The notes: generated from the sequence alone by a model not told the origin. Shown: positions 32,362-45,204, counted from the stretch's first letter. The stretch is DNA of 64,000 bases from an uncultured candidate division Zixibacteria bacterium (GCA_963817915.1 CAWFQL010000006.1:1-64000); one strand, 5' to 3'. Translations and numbers: made by a program.

Positions 32362-33882
32362 CTAAAGCAGGTCCACGCAATCTCTGAGTTTATCCGAACG
32401 AGATTTATGGCGCAGTTTCTTCAGCGCCTTGGCTTCAATCTGGCGAATCCGTTCTCGAGTAAGATTGAATATCAAGCCGACTTCCTCCAATGTCCTTGGA
32501 AGACCATCAGACATTCCGAATCTCAATCTGATCACTTCCTCTTCCCTATCGGTCAAAGTACTCAGGATTTTTTCGACTTGATCTTGCAAGAATACGAATG
32601 ATGCCTTGCCGCTGGTTGTAGAAAATTGCGGGTCGGCGATAAGGTTTTGCATCTGATTGTCTTCATCATCGCCAATCGGCTTCGAAAGAGATACAGTCTG
32701 GGGTATCATGCTCAGGATATCCTCGACCTTATCGCTCGGCAAGCCCACATGAGTTGATAGCTCTGGAATGCTTGGCCTTCTTCCGAGCCTCTGGAAAAGA
32801 TTCTGCGATGCCTTGGCCACCCGTCCGTACTGATTATTCAGATACATTGGAGTGCGGATTGTCTTGGCCTGCTCCGATAAAGCTCTTGTGATAGCCTGTC
32901 TTATCCACCATGAGGCATAAGTTCCGAATTTGAATCCTTTACGATAGTCAAATTTATCAACGGCCTTGACGAGTCCGGAATTTCCTTCCTGGATCAGATC
33001 CATGAATTCCATTCCCCGCCCGATATACTTTCTGGCAATAGAAATCACCAGACGCATATTGGCCTCGATCATGACTTTTTTCGCCTTGGCAAGCTCCGCT
33101 TCGAGATAATCCAGACGATCCTTGATTGTATCTATTTCGGTTTGCGGCAATTCCTCGGCAAAAAGATAATCGGAAAGATCGGTATTGGATGCTTTGGCAA
33201 CATCATTTTGAGGACGGTAGAAACGCCGGTTGCCGTTGACCTGGCCTTTGAACACGACGACCAAGCCGTCGAGAAATTCGAGATTGAAATTGAATTTTTC
33301 GATCTCGCTGAACAATCTCAAACGATTCTTCAAACGTCTTTCGCGGATTTCATTGACGATTTCAGCGGAAAAATCAAGGCTGTCGCTTCGGGAAATTACA
33401 AGCAATTCCTCAATCTTCTTGAGCCTCCCAATTACTTTTTGTTTTTCTCGTTTGATATTTTCAGGCGCGAACCACCTGCAGGTTTCCGGCGAGACAATAT
33501 CCTCGAGCCTCACCTCCTGCACGAGCAGTTTATCCTGGCATGAAATCAGGTTATCAAGAACCACGGTCGATGAGAAAATAATTTTCTTGATACCTCTTTT
33601 CTGCGCCTCGATTCTCTGGGCAACTTTGACTTCTTCCTCGCGCGAAAGAATCTTGAATCGCCCCAAATCCTTGAAATAGACATATGCCGGCCCTGATCCC
33701 CCATCAGCTACCACCGCTGGCAGGACTGGCTCTGGAATTAAGACATCGGCTACCGGCTTTTCCGGCAACCTTTCCCCTCCGGTCACATCACCATTAAGGT
33801 TGATGGCTTCCCGGTCGACTTTGATGTTGGTAGCGCTGAGGCGATTAATCATTCCTTTGCTTTGATCAGCCTCTCGACTCAT
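32362..33882 (-). CDS. RpoD/SigA-family sigma70 factor, divergent N-terminus
   Basis: [75 protein letters not shown]; directly downstream of dnaG. Confidence 0.9.
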   Translation of the reverse strand: MSREADQSKGMINRLSATNIKVDREAINLNGDVTGGERLPEKPVADVLIPEPVLPAVVADGGSGPAYVYFKDLGRFKILSREEEVKVAQRIEAQKRGIKKIIFSSTVVLDNLISCQDKLLVQEVRLEDIVSPETCRWFAPENIKREKQKVIGRLKKIEELLVISRSDSLDFSAEIVNEIRERRLKNRLRLFSEIEKFNFNLEFLDGLVVVFKGQVNGNRRFYRPQNDVAKASNTDLSDYLFAEELPQTEIDTIKDRLDYLEAELAKAKKVMIEANMRLVISIARKYIGRGMEFMDLIQEGNSGLVKAVDKFDYRKGFKFGTYASWWIRQAITRALSEQAKTIRTPMYLNNQYGRVAKASQNLFQRLGRRPSIPELSTHVGLPSDKVEDILSMIPQTVSLSKPIGDDEDNQMQNLIADPQFSTTSGKASFVFLQDQVEKILSTLTDREEEVIRLRFGMSDGLPRTLEEVGLIFNLTRERIRQIEAKALKKLRHKSRSDKLRDCVDLL

Positions 33883-35614
33883 TCGTATCCACCTCTAGTT
33901 TTAGGTTTTGAAACTCCCGGGTTAAATTCTCTATTTTAAGTAAATCTTCTTGCTCCTTAGGATCTCCGATCAATTTCTTCAATTCATTGATACGCTTCTT
34001 TATAGAAATTTGCCGGAATTTTTTCAGATGCATTTCGATCATGGAATCGGCGTCGTTGGCCTCGAAATCGATCAATGCAATTTCTGAAAGCCTCTGCCTG
34101 AGACCATTCTGGCCGACTCGATCGAATAAATCGGGAATATTAATATTCAATCCTTCTTCATGCAGGGTCCATATCACATTGAAGATTTGCGCGTTGTCTT
34201 CATCAATAAACAATGATCTATCGACCGTTCCCGCGCATTGCGCGATCAACTCAGGATGCGAGAGCAGCAGGCTGAGAAATTCTATTTCAGGTCTTTTCCT
34301 GCCCGATGAAATTTCTTTCGGAGATTTTTCGTCCGATATCGGGCGGGAATCTTTTATTCCATTTAGTGTATCCAGGTCGATATCTAACCGCGAATAAATC
34401 TTTTTCAAAAGCAATTCGCGGGTAAGGACATCGCTGATTGGAGAAATAGTTTCGATCAAGGCGTTGGCGATACGTTTCTGCATCGATAATGATTGCTCGG
34501 AAAATTTGCCGTTAATCGTATTGCAGACAAAATCGACAATATCCACCGCCCCGGCGATATATTTTTTCAGATTGTCCCTGCCGTTTTCACGCACGAAAGT
34601 ATCGGGGTCGTGGCCCTTGGGCAACGTAACTATTCGCGGATCGCCGGATGAATTATACAGCACGCCGCAGGCTCTGAATGCGGCCTTAATTCCAGCGGAA
34701 TCGGAATCGTATAAAAGAATTATTTTTTCGCAGAAACGAGCCAAGAGTGCGGCCTGGTTTGGCGTAAATCCGGTGCCGGAAACTGCCACGACATTTTTGA
34801 TGCCGCTTTGATGAAGCGCGATCAAATCAAAATATCCCTCGACTACGATAGCTTCATTGCTTTCTCGAATATGATCTTTGGCAACATCGAATCCAAAGAG
34901 CATCTGGCCCTTTTTATAGACTTCGGTTTCTGGCGAATTCAAATATTTGGGATTATCTTGATCGGATAGCGCCCGGCCGCCAAAGCCGATTACCCGGCCG
35001 GAAATTGATTTTATCGGAATCATCAAGCGATGCCGGAAACGATCATAATAGCCTTCTTTTTTTATCGCAAGTCCGGCTCGCTCCAAGACCGATGGTTGAA
35101 TCTTCTGGGCCCCGGCGGCGTTGATAAGACCATCCCATCCCTGCGGCGCGTAACCGATCCCAAAGGCCAGCGATGTAGCCGGAGATATCCCGCGCGATTT
35201 CAAGTACTCGGTGGCCAGTCTTCCCCCGGATGTCTCACTTAAAGATTTGACGAAGTATGAGCCGGCAAATGATAAGGCTTCATAGATTTCATCGAGATCG
35301 GATTTGTGCTCTCTTGTTTCCGGTATTGTGATGCCTGATTTTTCGGCCAGGAATCTCAGGGCATCCGGATAATCGAGCCGTTCGTGTTCCATTATAAAAT
35401 TAACAACATTTCCGCTCTTGCCGCAGCCGAAGCAATGATAAAATCCCTTGGCAGGCACAACAAAAAACGACGGCGTTTTTTCCTGATGGAATGGACAGAG
35501 ACCCTTATAGTCCTTGCCCATCTTCTTAAGGCTGACATAGCCGGAGATAATAGAAACTATGTCAGATTCGTTTTTTATCCTCTCAACGATATCGTCAGGA
35601 ATATAACCTGCCAT
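33866..35614 (-). CDS. dnaG: DNA primase
   Basis: [15 protein letters not shown] zinc finger, [39 protein letters not shown]. Confidence 0.97.
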   Translation of the reverse strand: MAGYIPDDIVERIKNESDIVSIISGYVSLKKMGKDYKGLCPFHQEKTPSFFVVPAKGFYHCFGCGKSGNVVNFIMEHERLDYPDALRFLAEKSGITIPETREHKSDLDEIYEALSFAGSYFVKSLSETSGGRLATEYLKSRGISPATSLAFGIGYAPQGWDGLINAAGAQKIQPSVLERAGLAIKKEGYYDRFRHRLMIPIKSISGRVIGFGGRALSDQDNPKYLNSPETEVYKKGQMLFGFDVAKDHIRESNEAIVVEGYFDLIALHQSGIKNVVAVSGTGFTPNQAALLARFCEKIILLYDSDSAGIKAAFRACGVLYNSSGDPRIVTLPKGHDPDTFVRENGRDNLKKYIAGAVDIVDFVCNTINGKFSEQSLSMQKRIANALIETISPISDVLTRELLLKKIYSRLDIDLDTLNGIKDSRPISDEKSPKEISSGRKRPEIEFLSLLLSHPELIAQCAGTVDRSLFIDEDNAQIFNVIWTLHEEGLNINIPDLFDRVGQNGLRQRLSEIALIDFEANDADSMIEMHLKKFRQISIKKRINELKKLIGDPKEQEDLLKIENLTREFQNLKLEVDTNESRG

Positions 35615-37969
35615 CACCAATCCTTCTTCAATGCTACTACGGTCGCGCCGGTGGAACCCTCATTCCAATATCCCAATCTATATGATTCCACTCGAGGATT
35701 ATTCGCCAGATAATCCTGTACCTTTTTACGCAGAACACCTGTGCCTTTGCCATGAATAATGGTTACAGCGTCGAAACCGGCGTTGCAGGCGTCATCGATA
35801 TATCTTTGGAGTATAGGCTCCGCTTCATCGAATGTCATTCCGCGGATATCAACATCGAGTCCCGGCGTAGGATTATAATTGCTTTTGACAGTCGATGTTG
35901 AACGCGATTCCGACGAACCTGACCTCGAAACAAGCTGCTCAAGATCGGTCAGCATAGTAACATTGCCGATCCTGACCCGTACCCTGCCCTCGGAATCGGC
36001 AGGCTCAATCACTTCGCCGTCGGCATCGATTCCCCTGATAAATACCTTTTCACCGGGCAGGCCGTGCGCCGGTTCTTTATGGGTAACAGGTTTCATCTCA
36101 TCGATCTCTGATTGAGTCTTTTCAAGGCGAGTCGATATGGTCTTTCTTATTTCCCTTAATGTCTCGCGATTCTTAGGATTTTCTTTTGCGCTGTCGATCA
36201 GGTTATCCAATTCCTGTCTCGCGGATTTTATCAGTTCTTCCATTTTGCGAAGATGCTCTTTGCGATTTTCTTTCTCGGCCTTGCTGTATGAATCTAATTT
36301 ATCCGTATATATTTTCGCTAATGATTCATATGATAACCTACTGTTTTTGGCATTCTCAAGCTCGGTCGCAATTTCCTGTGATTTCTGATTGAGCTCGGCA
36401 ATAAGCTTGGTAAGGTCGCGTTCTTTGCGGTCGACAAGACTCCAGGCCCGCTCAATGATATCCTTACCAAGTCCCAATTTCTGGGCGATTTCCAATGCAA
36501 ATGAAGAACCCGGAATTCCGATATTGAATTTGAATGTTGGACGAAGGTTTTCGGAATCGAACTCCATGGAGCCGTTAATTACGCCTGGAATATTTCCGGC
36601 AAGCGTTTTTAGTTTTCCCTGGTGCGTAGTGACAACAGCGTAGCATTCCAGTTGAGCCAACGCCTCAATTACCGCTTGCCCAATGGCCGAGCCTTCATCG
36701 GGATCGGTGCCGGCGCCAAGCTCATCGAATAACACCAACGTTCTTGAGTTAGATTCCTCCAACGCGTTTTTAATATGATATAGATGCGATGAATAAGTCG
36801 ACAATGAACTTTCGATCGATTGTTCATCGCCGATATCGGAAAATATTTTGTCAAATAATATGAAGCAGGTGTTTTCATCGGCTGGAATATATAATCCACT
36901 GATAGCCATCAGACGATAGCAATCCGATTGTCTTCAAGGCCACTGTCTTGCCGCCAGTGTTCGGCCCCGTGATAATAATAATTTTTTCGGTGTCATTGAA
37001 ATTGATATTGAGCGGTACCACCTTGGCCCGATCGCTTGCAGGTTTGCTCAAAAGAAGCAATGGGTGACGGCCATTCTTGATATTGATTTCGCCATTATCA
37101 GAAAAAATAGGCCGAGTTGAATTTAGTTCGCTGGATAAGCGTGAGCAGGCGGCGACAAAATCAAAATAGGTAAGAATCGATACATTCTTTTTGATAATCT
37201 CGAAATTCGCGAATATCATTCCGGTGAGCTGCCGAAGAATTCTATTGATTTCCTCGCGCTCGGCGGTTTCAAGTTCGCGGTGACGGTTATTGAGTTCGAC
37301 AGATTCCGACGGCTCAATAAAAAATGTGGCGCCCGATGACGAACGATCGTGAATTATGCCGCTGAATTTGCTTTTTTCGGATTCTTTGACCGGCAGCACG
37401 TATCGGCCGTCTCTTATGGAAAAGACTTTGTCTGAAAGAATCGATGAAGTATCCGAATGCAGATATTGCTCGAACTTCGTGTTAAGTTTCGATTTTACAA
37501 CCGCAAGTTCGCGCCGGATTTTTTTCAATTCCGGCGAGGCCGAATCCTTAATCTCGCCGGAGAGATCGACACTTTGTTCGATTTTGTTATGCAGCTCTTC
37601 GGAATAAACCAGGCCGTTTAATATTTCATGCAAGGCTTTATATTTGGAATTGATCTTCTGACAGGCCAAAACTGTTTTGAAAAAATTCGCGAATTCGAGC
37701 AGAGCCTTGGGCTCGAATATATCACCATTGGCTATGGCGCTTTCAGTTCTCGCCGAAAGATCATCGAATTCCAGATCGGGCGGTCCACCGTCGAATTTGA
37801 ATAAATCGTTCATCTCGGAAACAAGATCGAGATTCCGGCGAATATCATCGATGGATGAAAAAGGTCTATGAGCCAGAGCCCGTTTTTTCCCGGTGACCGA
37901 TTTGGAGAAATTCGATAATCTTTCCAAAATCGAAAAATACTCCAATACCTTTAAGGTATGGCTGTTCAT
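35614..37969 (-). CDS. mutS2: Endonuclease MutS2; one frameshift near 36900
   Basis: SSSGATFFIEP, ITGPNTGGKTVALK, DIGDEQSIE.SLSTYSSH, DELGAGTDP, C-terminal Smr IIHGKGTG. Confidence 0.93.
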
Positions 37970-37992
37970 CTAAAAATAAAATCCTTCTAATG

Positions 37993-38658
37993 CTATTGCT
38001 GCTCTTGCTTCTTGGCCTTGTTGAAGCATTGATTGAGTTTATCCAGCGTTGCGATGTCCTGGTCTGTCATCCCAATAAGAGTTTTGTCGCCTAGAGCCTT
38101 ATCAGGGCTTTCGGCGTATTCTTTTGTTTTGTCGAATAGAATCCCCTGCTGCACTTCTGAAAGGAATTCGCCCGACTTGGGATGAAGGAACGTTGTATTG
38201 TCGTAGACAAATGGGACGATGGCTCTGACTGTGCCCGCCATCGTTGATGCCTCAATCGAATTGTCGAGATTCCTGAATGGCGTCGGAAAAATGAAGAGTA
38301 AAAACAATAATGACAGAACCACAAGGCCTTTGAATACTCCGAAAATCCCGCCCCCAATCTTATCCGATGGTTTCAATGACGCCAGTTTGACCATCTGATA
38401 AAAATAATGCCCCAAAATTTTAAGAACTGCGAGAGTTACCACGAAAATTAAGATGAAACAAAGCACATACAGGACACTCGCGGACATGCCGATTTTGCCC
38501 TGAAGTTTCAATGCCAGCGCGTCGGAATAATTGACACTGACGATGATGCCAATAAGGAGACCGAGAAATGTCGTCATCTCCTTAAATAGACCGCGTCTGT
38601 AGCCGTTCAGGAAAGCCAGAACGGCGATGATTAGAATCGAAAAATCGATCCAGTTCAT
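37993..38658 (-). CDS. cvpA: CvpA (colicin V production) family membrane protein
   Basis: MNWID...GYRRGLFKE, DKIGGGIFGVFKG. Confidence 0.85.
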   Translation of the reverse strand: MNWIDFSILIIAVLAFLNGYRRGLFKEMTTFLGLLIGIIVSVNYSDALALKLQGKIGMSASVLYVLCFILIFVVTLAVLKILGHYFYQMVKLASLKPSDKIGGGIFGVFKGLVVLSLLFLLFIFPTPFRNLDNSIEASTMAGTVRAIVPFVYDNTTFLHPKSGEFLSEVQQGILFDKTKEYAESPDKALGDKTLIGMTDQDIATLDKLNQCFNKAKKQEQQ

Positions 38659-38668
38659 GTCCCCTCCG

Positions 38669-39118
38669 TTAGATGGTTTCGAGTTTCGCCTTGACCGCGG
38701 CACTGACTATTTTGCCGTCGGAGCGCCCCCTTACCATAGGCATAAGAGCCTTCATTACAGAACCAAGATCTTTGATTGATGATGCGTTAACTTCAGCAAT
38801 CGCCTTATCAACTATTGTATTGAGTTCCTCCAGCGACAACTGCTCAGGCAGATATTCCTTTATAATTTCATACTCCGCCAATTCCGTTTTCACAAGATCA
38901 GCGCGACCGCCCTTGCCATATTCGTCGGCCGCTTCTTTTCTCTTTTTGGCAGCAGTACTTAAAACCCCAATAACTTCTTCATCAGATAATTCATGCCCGA
39001 GCTCGATTTTCTTATAACGAATATCGGACTTGAGCATGCGAAGAACCTGCAGCCGCAAATCATTCCTAGCCTTCATTGCGGCTGTTAAATCAGCGTCAAT
39101 CTTTTCGGAAAGATTCAT
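38669..39118 (-). CDS. yqeY: GatB/YqeY domain protein
   Basis: AAMKAR, KKRKEA...Y..GGR.DL, YLPEQLS, KDLGSVMK. Confidence 0.92.
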   Translation of the reverse strand: MNLSEKIDADLTAAMKARNDLRLQVLRMLKSDIRYKKIELGHELSDEEVIGVLSTAAKKRKEAADEYGKGGRADLVKTELAEYEIIKEYLPEQLSLEELNTIVDKAIAEVNASSIKDLGSVMKALMPMVRGRSDGKIVSAAVKAKLETI

Positions 39119-39121
39119 ATT

Positions 39122-39307
39122 TTAGTACTTTGGCCGACGTGATTTTTGCTTGGAAGCATTCATTTTTCGTTTGCGCTTATCAGATGGTTTTTCAAAATGC
39201 TGATGCTTCTTTATATCTGAAAGTATGCCAGCTTTTTCACAAGACTTAGTGAAACGCCTCAACGCTTTTTCAAATGATTCATCATCTCTAACTCTAATAC
39301 CAGTCAT
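39122..39307 (-). CDS. rpsU: 30S ribosomal protein S21
   Basis: [11 protein letters not shown]...KAGILS...K..HFEKPS. Confidence 0.95.
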   Translation of the reverse strand: MTGIRVRDDESFEKALRRFTKSCEKAGILSDIKKHQHFEKPSDKRKRKMNASKQKSRRPKY

Positions 39308-39674
39308 TTCATTCTCGACCCCCTTTCACCGACCCAACTTTACTAGTTTAAACTTCAAACCCCAAAAAACGGGGCAAAATTCTCTTTAACTGGCAGCAAG
39401 TTAATGGATTAGAAAATCTGTGTCAAGCACTTTTTATTGTTAATGGAAAATCATTTCAACAAAGCTAATAGTATGATATTCAATGATTTGCGGGGGCAAC
39501 AGTCGTAGGCGCTCATCTTTCCCCTAAAATTAATTCATTAAATGAGTTACGATTTAAGGGAAATTTTTTCCTAATCAAGTCCATATTAATAAATGTCATT
39601 ATAAGCTTCTCTATTCAAATCAGAAACAGGCCAAAGAATGCGGGGCTATGATTTTTCGCGTTTGATGATATCAT

Positions 39675-40607
39675 TTATATTTTAAGAGATTCATAGATCC
39701 TTACATAGCTTTCGTAGCGAAATCGCGCGATAGGACTCTCGGGATCGTCGATAATCTTTTTCACGGCGCATGACGGTTCATTGATGTGGGCGCAATTTGA
39801 AAATTGACATTCGAGATCAGTGTCAGTGTTGGTAAATTCGGGGAAGAACATTTTTAGATTTTTTCTATTCACTCCCGCGAGACCATATACTTTTATCCCG
39901 GGAGTATCGGCAATCCAGCCATTGGGGAATATTTTGTAGAGTCGTATTCCAGTTGTTGTATGTACTCCGCGATTCGAATAAGCCGATATTTCTTTGGTGC
40001 GCAATTCCAGGCCGGGACACATCACGTTGATGAGAGTTGATTTGCCTACCCCCGAATGTCCGGCGATCGCGGCTGTGCCGTTTTCCATCTTGGATTTAAG
40101 CAGGCTGATTCCATCGCCATTTTTCGCGCTGGTGTAAACAATTTCGCACGAGAGTTTTTTCCAGACATCAAAATAGGGATTCAAATAGTCAGGGGATTTT
40201 AGATCGATCTTATTCAATACAATAATAGGTCTGATATTTTCCTTGAAGGCGGTTACGAGAAATCTATCTACAAGGCCCGGTTTGAAATCCGGATCCGCGA
40301 CCGAGCTTACGATCACCAGACAATCGACATTGGCAACGAATACCTGTAACTGCTGTTCGTTTTCGGTCGAGGGTTTTGATATTATTTTGCCGCGCGGAAG
40401 AATCTTTTCGATCGCATAACGATCCTTGGTATCTTCCGAGTACATGACAAAATCTCCAACTGCAATTGCAGATTTTCCGGCGTCTTCAAATTTCACTTTG
40501 CCGCGCACCACCGCCTCGACAATTTCATCGCCCGCGAGAAGCTCGGCCCTTTGCCCGTGAAGTCCTATTACTCTGCCAATTTTGTCGATTTTGCTTTTAT
40601 CAATCAT
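39675..40607 (-). CDS. rsgA: Ribosome small subunit-dependent GTPase A
   Basis: AVGD, ANVD, NKID, GHSGVGKST, G.HTTT, DTPG, CQFSNCAHINEPSCAV. Confidence 0.95.
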   Translation of the reverse strand: MIDKSKIDKIGRVIGLHGQRAELLAGDEIVEAVVRGKVKFEDAGKSAIAVGDFVMYSEDTKDRYAIEKILPRGKIISKPSTENEQQLQVFVANVDCLVIVSSVADPDFKPGLVDRFLVTAFKENIRPIIVLNKIDLKSPDYLNPYFDVWKKLSCEIVYTSAKNGDGISLLKSKMENGTAAIAGHSGVGKSTLINVMCPGLELRTKEISAYSNRGVHTTTGIRLYKIFPNGWIADTPGIKVYGLAGVNRKNLKMFFPEFTNTDTDLECQFSNCAHINEPSCAVKKIIDDPESPIARFRYESYVRIYESLKI

Positions 40608-40711
40608 AATATTTCAATTGGCAATTTACGAATTTTATAGGCACGATATCCAGTATTTTCTTCGCGCTATCATGATGAATCCACAATACATCACGCTACG
40701 ATTCATATTTC

Positions 40712-40740
40712 TTGACATAGCGTGCATTGATGCACATATT
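40712..40740 (+). promoter_or_regulatory. sigma70-type promoter for the TPR gene
   Basis: TTGACA-N17-CATATT, GGAGG SD downstream. Confidence 0.55.
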
Positions 40741-40772
40741 CTTGCGGCCTGAATTAACAGGCATATGGAGGA

Positions 40773-41363
40773 ATGATGAAGAGAGAATATCAGATACTTT
40801 CGATTTTAGGGTTAATAATAATCGCTTCTGGTGTTTTGATAGGTATTTCGGGAAGCAAAAAGAGCCCATCTACAGGTCAGATGGATCCTGAATCGCAGGC
40901 ATCACAATCAAATGAAATGGGTATGCCAGAAGTAAATACCGGCGAAATACTTTCCAATATCGCTGAGATGAAGAAGGAATTATCGGCCAATCCCAATAAT
41001 CATGATATTCTTATCAAGCTCGGCAATGACTATTATGATATAGACAGCGCTTCGCAAGCGATCGAATATTATGGTAGGGCGTTAAAGATAAATCCTGACG
41101 ATCCGCCGGTCCTGGTTGATTGCGGCGCCATGTACCGTGTACTCGGCGAAACAGATAAAGCGATAGAGATGTTCAATCGCGCAATCGAACTCAACCCCAA
41201 ACTTTCGCAGGCGTTTTTGAATCTTGGCATGGTGCTTCATATGGAGAAAAAGGACATGCCCGGAGCGATTAAGGCCTGGAAGAAGTATATGGAGTTGGAG
41301 CCGAATTCACCGGTTAAGACCATCCTTGAAGATGAAATAGCCAAGGCCGAAAAAAATCTATAG
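40773..41363 (+). CDS. Membrane-anchored TPR protein
   Basis: N-terminal TM; LGNDYY..AIEYY.RAL.INP and AIEMFNRAIELNP repeats. Confidence 0.85.
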   Translation: MMKREYQILSILGLIIIASGVLIGISGSKKSPSTGQMDPESQASQSNEMGMPEVNTGEILSNIAEMKKELSANPNNHDILIKLGNDYYDIDSASQAIEYYGRALKINPDDPPVLVDCGAMYRVLGETDKAIEMFNRAIELNPKLSQAFLNLGMVLHMEKKDMPGAIKAWKKYMELEPNSPVKTILEDEIAKAEKNL

Positions 41364-41465
41364 TATCGAATTTGACGAAAACGGCTTCAAGCCGCTTTAT
41401 TTCCCAATAGTGAAAGACCTTAAATACGCTTGACCATTGGCGCGGATAAGATTAATTTGAGCGGT

Positions 41466-41771
41466 ATGGAAAGCCTCTCGTCTTATCTTGTTTTCGGCGC
41501 TCTGGTAGTAGTTGTCATCCTTTTGGTTTGGGCGTTGATATTGATCAACCAGGAACGGCACCGCAAAGTAACCGCGCGCAGCCGTCTGGCGGTCCTGAGA
41601 AAAAAGGTTGAGGAATTGCCGGAAGCGACCGAAGAAGAAAAAGAAAAGAAAGAGACGCTTCATAGAGAATTATATCTCGAGTATTTTGATAATATCCTGG
41701 GGGAAATCGAAAAGATTCAGAACCAGCTTTCAAAAAAGGTTCAAGAATCCAAGAAGGCAAAAAAGAAATAA
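41466..41771 (+). CDS. Hypothetical single-TM protein with charged coiled-coil tail
   Basis: Hydrophobic N-terminus, E/K-rich remainder. Confidence 0.55.
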   Translation: MESLSSYLVFGALVVVVILLVWALILINQERHRKVTARSRLAVLRKKVEELPEATEEEKEKKETLHRELYLEYFDNILGEIEKIQNQLSKKVQESKKAKKK

Positions 41772-41836
41772 CCCCAAGGCGATCTTAATTTTGAATTTTA
41801 TCGTTGGAAATATTTTAAAACCTGAAAAGGAGTAAT

Positions 41837-42964
41837 ATGCGAAAATTATTTGCCCTCATTCTGCTTGCCATATCTCTCTTGTCATGCAGCAAAGATAATG
41901 TAACCAATACACCTGTAGGCATTTCAGTTGCTATAAGCCCTGTGAGAATGATTGTCGATCTCGCTGATACGACGAGATTCACTGCCCTGATCTATGGCAC
42001 TAGCGATCGCAGAGCCATATGGAAAGTTGAGGATATTCAGGGAGGCAATTCCACGTTTGGCACAATTGATTCTACCGGCAAGTATACTGCCCCTATCGCC
42101 GAGCCCAACTTGGATTCAGTAAGGATTACGGCTACTTCCCGCGCCGATATCACAAAAATTGGTGCGGCTCGGGTTATTCTGATTAATCCATCGTTTGTTT
42201 ATGTTGATACGTCAGGCTCGGATGTGACCGGCATAGGATCATTGCATAATCCGTTTCGAACGATTAAGAAAGCGGTTACAGAGGTAATTGAAAATCAGAC
42301 GATAAAAATTGGACCCGGTGTTTACGATCAGGCGCATGGCGAAGTCTTCCCTTACACAATCGGCTTAGGTGTCACTATTGAAGGCGCGGGCATGGATTCA
42401 ACACATATTATTGGCCCGGCAAACGGTCATACCAACGCCGACGCAATTATCAAAATTGACGGATTTAATGCGGGATTGGAAAAATGTCGGATATCGACTG
42501 TCAATGGCAACGGCGTAGCAGTCTGGGCTCGTCCAGGGCTGAGGATAATAGCGAATAACCATATCGGACCGAATTATATAGGTATCTATGCTGATGGCGT
42601 CGGTGTTTCCAGTATAGGCCATAATCGCATAATCAGCGATTCGATTGGTATTGTTACGGCTGATTCGGCACGACCCTTTATCAATGATTGCATGATTGAT
42701 AGCGCGAGCATTTATGGAATTCTAATAAAGAATTTTAGCCGTCCGAATTTGGGTGATACTCTGAGCAACGGACGGGATACGATCCTGGTCTATGGTGCTC
42801 CTCCATCGAACTATCTAATACGAAATGAAAGCGCCGACACGATATGGGCTATCGGGAATATATGGCCGTTCGCTTCATTCAGCGCAGTCGACAACTATAT
42901 TTACGACAATGATGAAAACCCATCGTCAGGGCCAGTGATTCTCCAGTGGCCGCCGCTGAAATAG
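41837..42964 (+). CDS. Lipoprotein with Ig-like domain and DUF1565/right-handed beta-helix
   Basis: LLSC lipobox; GTIDSTGKYTAP; YVD..GSD..G.GS..NPFRTIKKA; GPGVY...GEVFP. Confidence 0.75.
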   Translation: MRKLFALILLAISLLSCSKDNVTNTPVGISVAISPVRMIVDLADTTRFTALIYGTSDRRAIWKVEDIQGGNSTFGTIDSTGKYTAPIAEPNLDSVRITATSRADITKIGAARVILINPSFVYVDTSGSDVTGIGSLHNPFRTIKKAVTEVIENQTIKIGPGVYDQAHGEVFPYTIGLGVTIEGAGMDSTHIIGPANGHTNADAIIKIDGFNAGLEKCRISTVNGNGVAVWARPGLRIIANNHIGPNYIGIYADGVGVSSIGHNRIISDSIGIVTADSARPFINDCMIDSASIYGILIKNFSRPNLGDTLSNGRDTILVYGAPPSNYLIRNESADTIWAIGNIWPFASFSAVDNYIYDNDENPSSGPVILQWPPLK

Positions 42965-42978
42965 ATATAGTGTGATTT

Positions 42979-43006
42979 GTAGAGACGCAAGATATTGCGT
43001 CTCTAC
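42979..43006. repeat. GTAG-type REP palindrome (further copies at 57655, 58570, 62725)
   Basis: GTAGAGACGCAA-GATA-TTGCGTCTCTAC perfect 12-bp stem. Confidence 0.85.
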
Positions 43007-43066
43007 CCGGAAATATATTTTATGTTCCGTAGAGCCTTGCTATAACAAGGCTCTATGTATTTTAGA

Positions 43067-44289
43067 TCAATATTTATTTATTTTTTTTATCAGCCGTTGA
43101 TGGCGTCTTTTCAAGGACTGAAACAGATGATTATTAAATTTTGAAGATTGAATTTCTCTTTCGAATTCTAACAATCTCATCGCGGCTTCGGTAAGATCAA
43201 GGGCAGATTGCAGGTCTTTCATGCGATGCTCATAATGCTTGGCCAATTCTATATGCGGCAGACATCCGAAACGGCCGATTCGAATCATCTGATTCCAGAC
43301 ATCTATGGCAGTTTCCCAGTCGGATGTTTTCTTGGCGATCTGGGATTTTAGCCGCAATGATTCATCTCCAACATCGGTTGGCGCGAATTGCGATTTGATA
43401 TTGAAAATCAGCGATTTCGATTTTTCATATGCCCTGGCTTTATACAGGATTTGTCCCAGAGATAAAAGTAACAGGTCATCATTGCTGCTGGATGCCAGAG
43501 CCAGCTCGATCCGCGACGCGGTTTCCTGCGCCAAGAGATAGAGGCTGACTATGTCGTCGCGATTGTGATTTAGAATCGGCAAAAGCAGGTTTTCATCGCG
43601 ATTCTGCAAATAATCAAAATATATCCTGGGAATGATATGCGACGGCACATCGTCGATACGCTCGAAAGCCAACCAACATCGCCTCCAACAGCGAAAGTTG
43701 AAACGATTCGTAATGTCGTCTATAAAGATCGTCTGCATGGATGAACAAGATCGAGATGGATATGGTCATTGAAGGGAATCGATATACGGTTGATGCGATA
43801 GCGGGTGCGCAATAGCGGCATATCGAATGTCTTGCCGTTATAGGTCAAAATACAACTGCACGAAGACAGGTCAGCTGTGAAGGCGTCGAGCTGGGCAGGC
43901 TCCTCGAAAAAATCTCTAAGAATATACTGCCTTACAACAAATTTATTCTCGGTCCAGAAACCGATACCAATAATAAATGGATAAGTACCCGTCCCTCCGG
44001 CTAGCCCGGTTGTCTCAGTGTCAATGACCGCGATTTTGTGAAAATCAAACTGTTGGTCGGCACAAATAGGGTCGATAATTTCTAAAGCAGTTCGATCTAT
44101 GGTATCAGATAGTTCAACTCTTCCATGAAGGTATCCTATGTCATATGAAGTTTCTACCATCCAGATAGGGCCGTGCTCGGTTTGACGTAAAATACCGACC
44201 GATGGCTCCTTAAACAAATCGGGCCTGGGAGCCCGCGGATTAGTCTTATGCAGTTTTAATGCTTCGTATAATCGTTTCTCGAGGTCCAT
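43067..44289 (-). CDS. YprB-like RNase H-fold (DEDD) nuclease with C-terminal TPR; frameshift near 43720
   Basis: IDTETTGLAGGTGT, TYNGKTFDMPLL, HLDL, HNRDDIVSL, ELAKHYEH. Confidence 0.85.
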
Positions 44290-44301
44290 CGTCAATTAAA
44301 T

Positions 44302-45204
44302 TTAATCGATTTTAGTTTGCTCAGCACGAATGGGTGAGTTTCCAGTGACGCTTGTTTTTGCAATGCCTTCAGCGCGTCTTTCCCCCAATTTTCCCGAGAG
44401 CCTCGACAGCAAAAGCCCGGGCATTATAATCATCTGTTGATAAAATCTTGATAAGAGGTTCAACTAATATCTCGTCCTTCAAATTGCCCGCGGTCTCGAT
44501 GAGAAGGTATAATGATATTTCATCGTTGGGATCGGCGAGACCATCGGCTATTGCTGGAACAGCGGGTGCTCCGATTTTTGTTAACGCCTCCATCGCCGAA
44601 TATCGAACGCCGTAATAAGGATCGGAGAGCGCCTCGACCAAAGGATTGACGGTATTGGAGTCGGCAAGCATTGAAAGCGAAATCGCCGCCGATGTCCTGA
44701 CGAGATAATCATCGTCTTTCAACGCCGCTAATGACGGCCGCACGCCTCGTTTGTCATTGATCTTACCCAACGCCGAGATGACTCCCGCTCTCATGCGGAA
44801 ATCGCGGTCCTCGATATATTCCAACAGACCATATACCGCGGAACTGTCTTTCATTTCACCGAGGACACGAGCCGACAATCGTCGACGATAAGGATCGACA
44901 GACCCCAACGCCTCGACCAACATCGGCACTGCCGGGCGGCCGATAATTTTGAATACGCTTTCGAAGGTCTGCATCTCGCGGGCGTCCTGTGTCTTCATTT
45001 TCTCGACCAGTCGCGGCACGGCCGGTTCTCCCATCGCGCCGAGCGCTTTGGTCGCAGGTTCGACAAGATCGCGATACATAACCATACCGGATGATGCCCG
45101 CACAAAAAGCGAATCGACAATATGATTAATTGAATCCGGCGGCGCTTGTGCAAATGAAACAGATAGCGGCCAAAAGCAATATTATCAATAATCAGCTTTT
45201 TCAT
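44302..45204 (-). CDS. HEAT (PBS lyase-like) repeat protein; frameshifts near both ends
   Basis: AVP.LVEAL...D...R..A...LG repeats in 44369..45103; start overlaps the upstream stop (ATGA). Confidence 0.75.
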
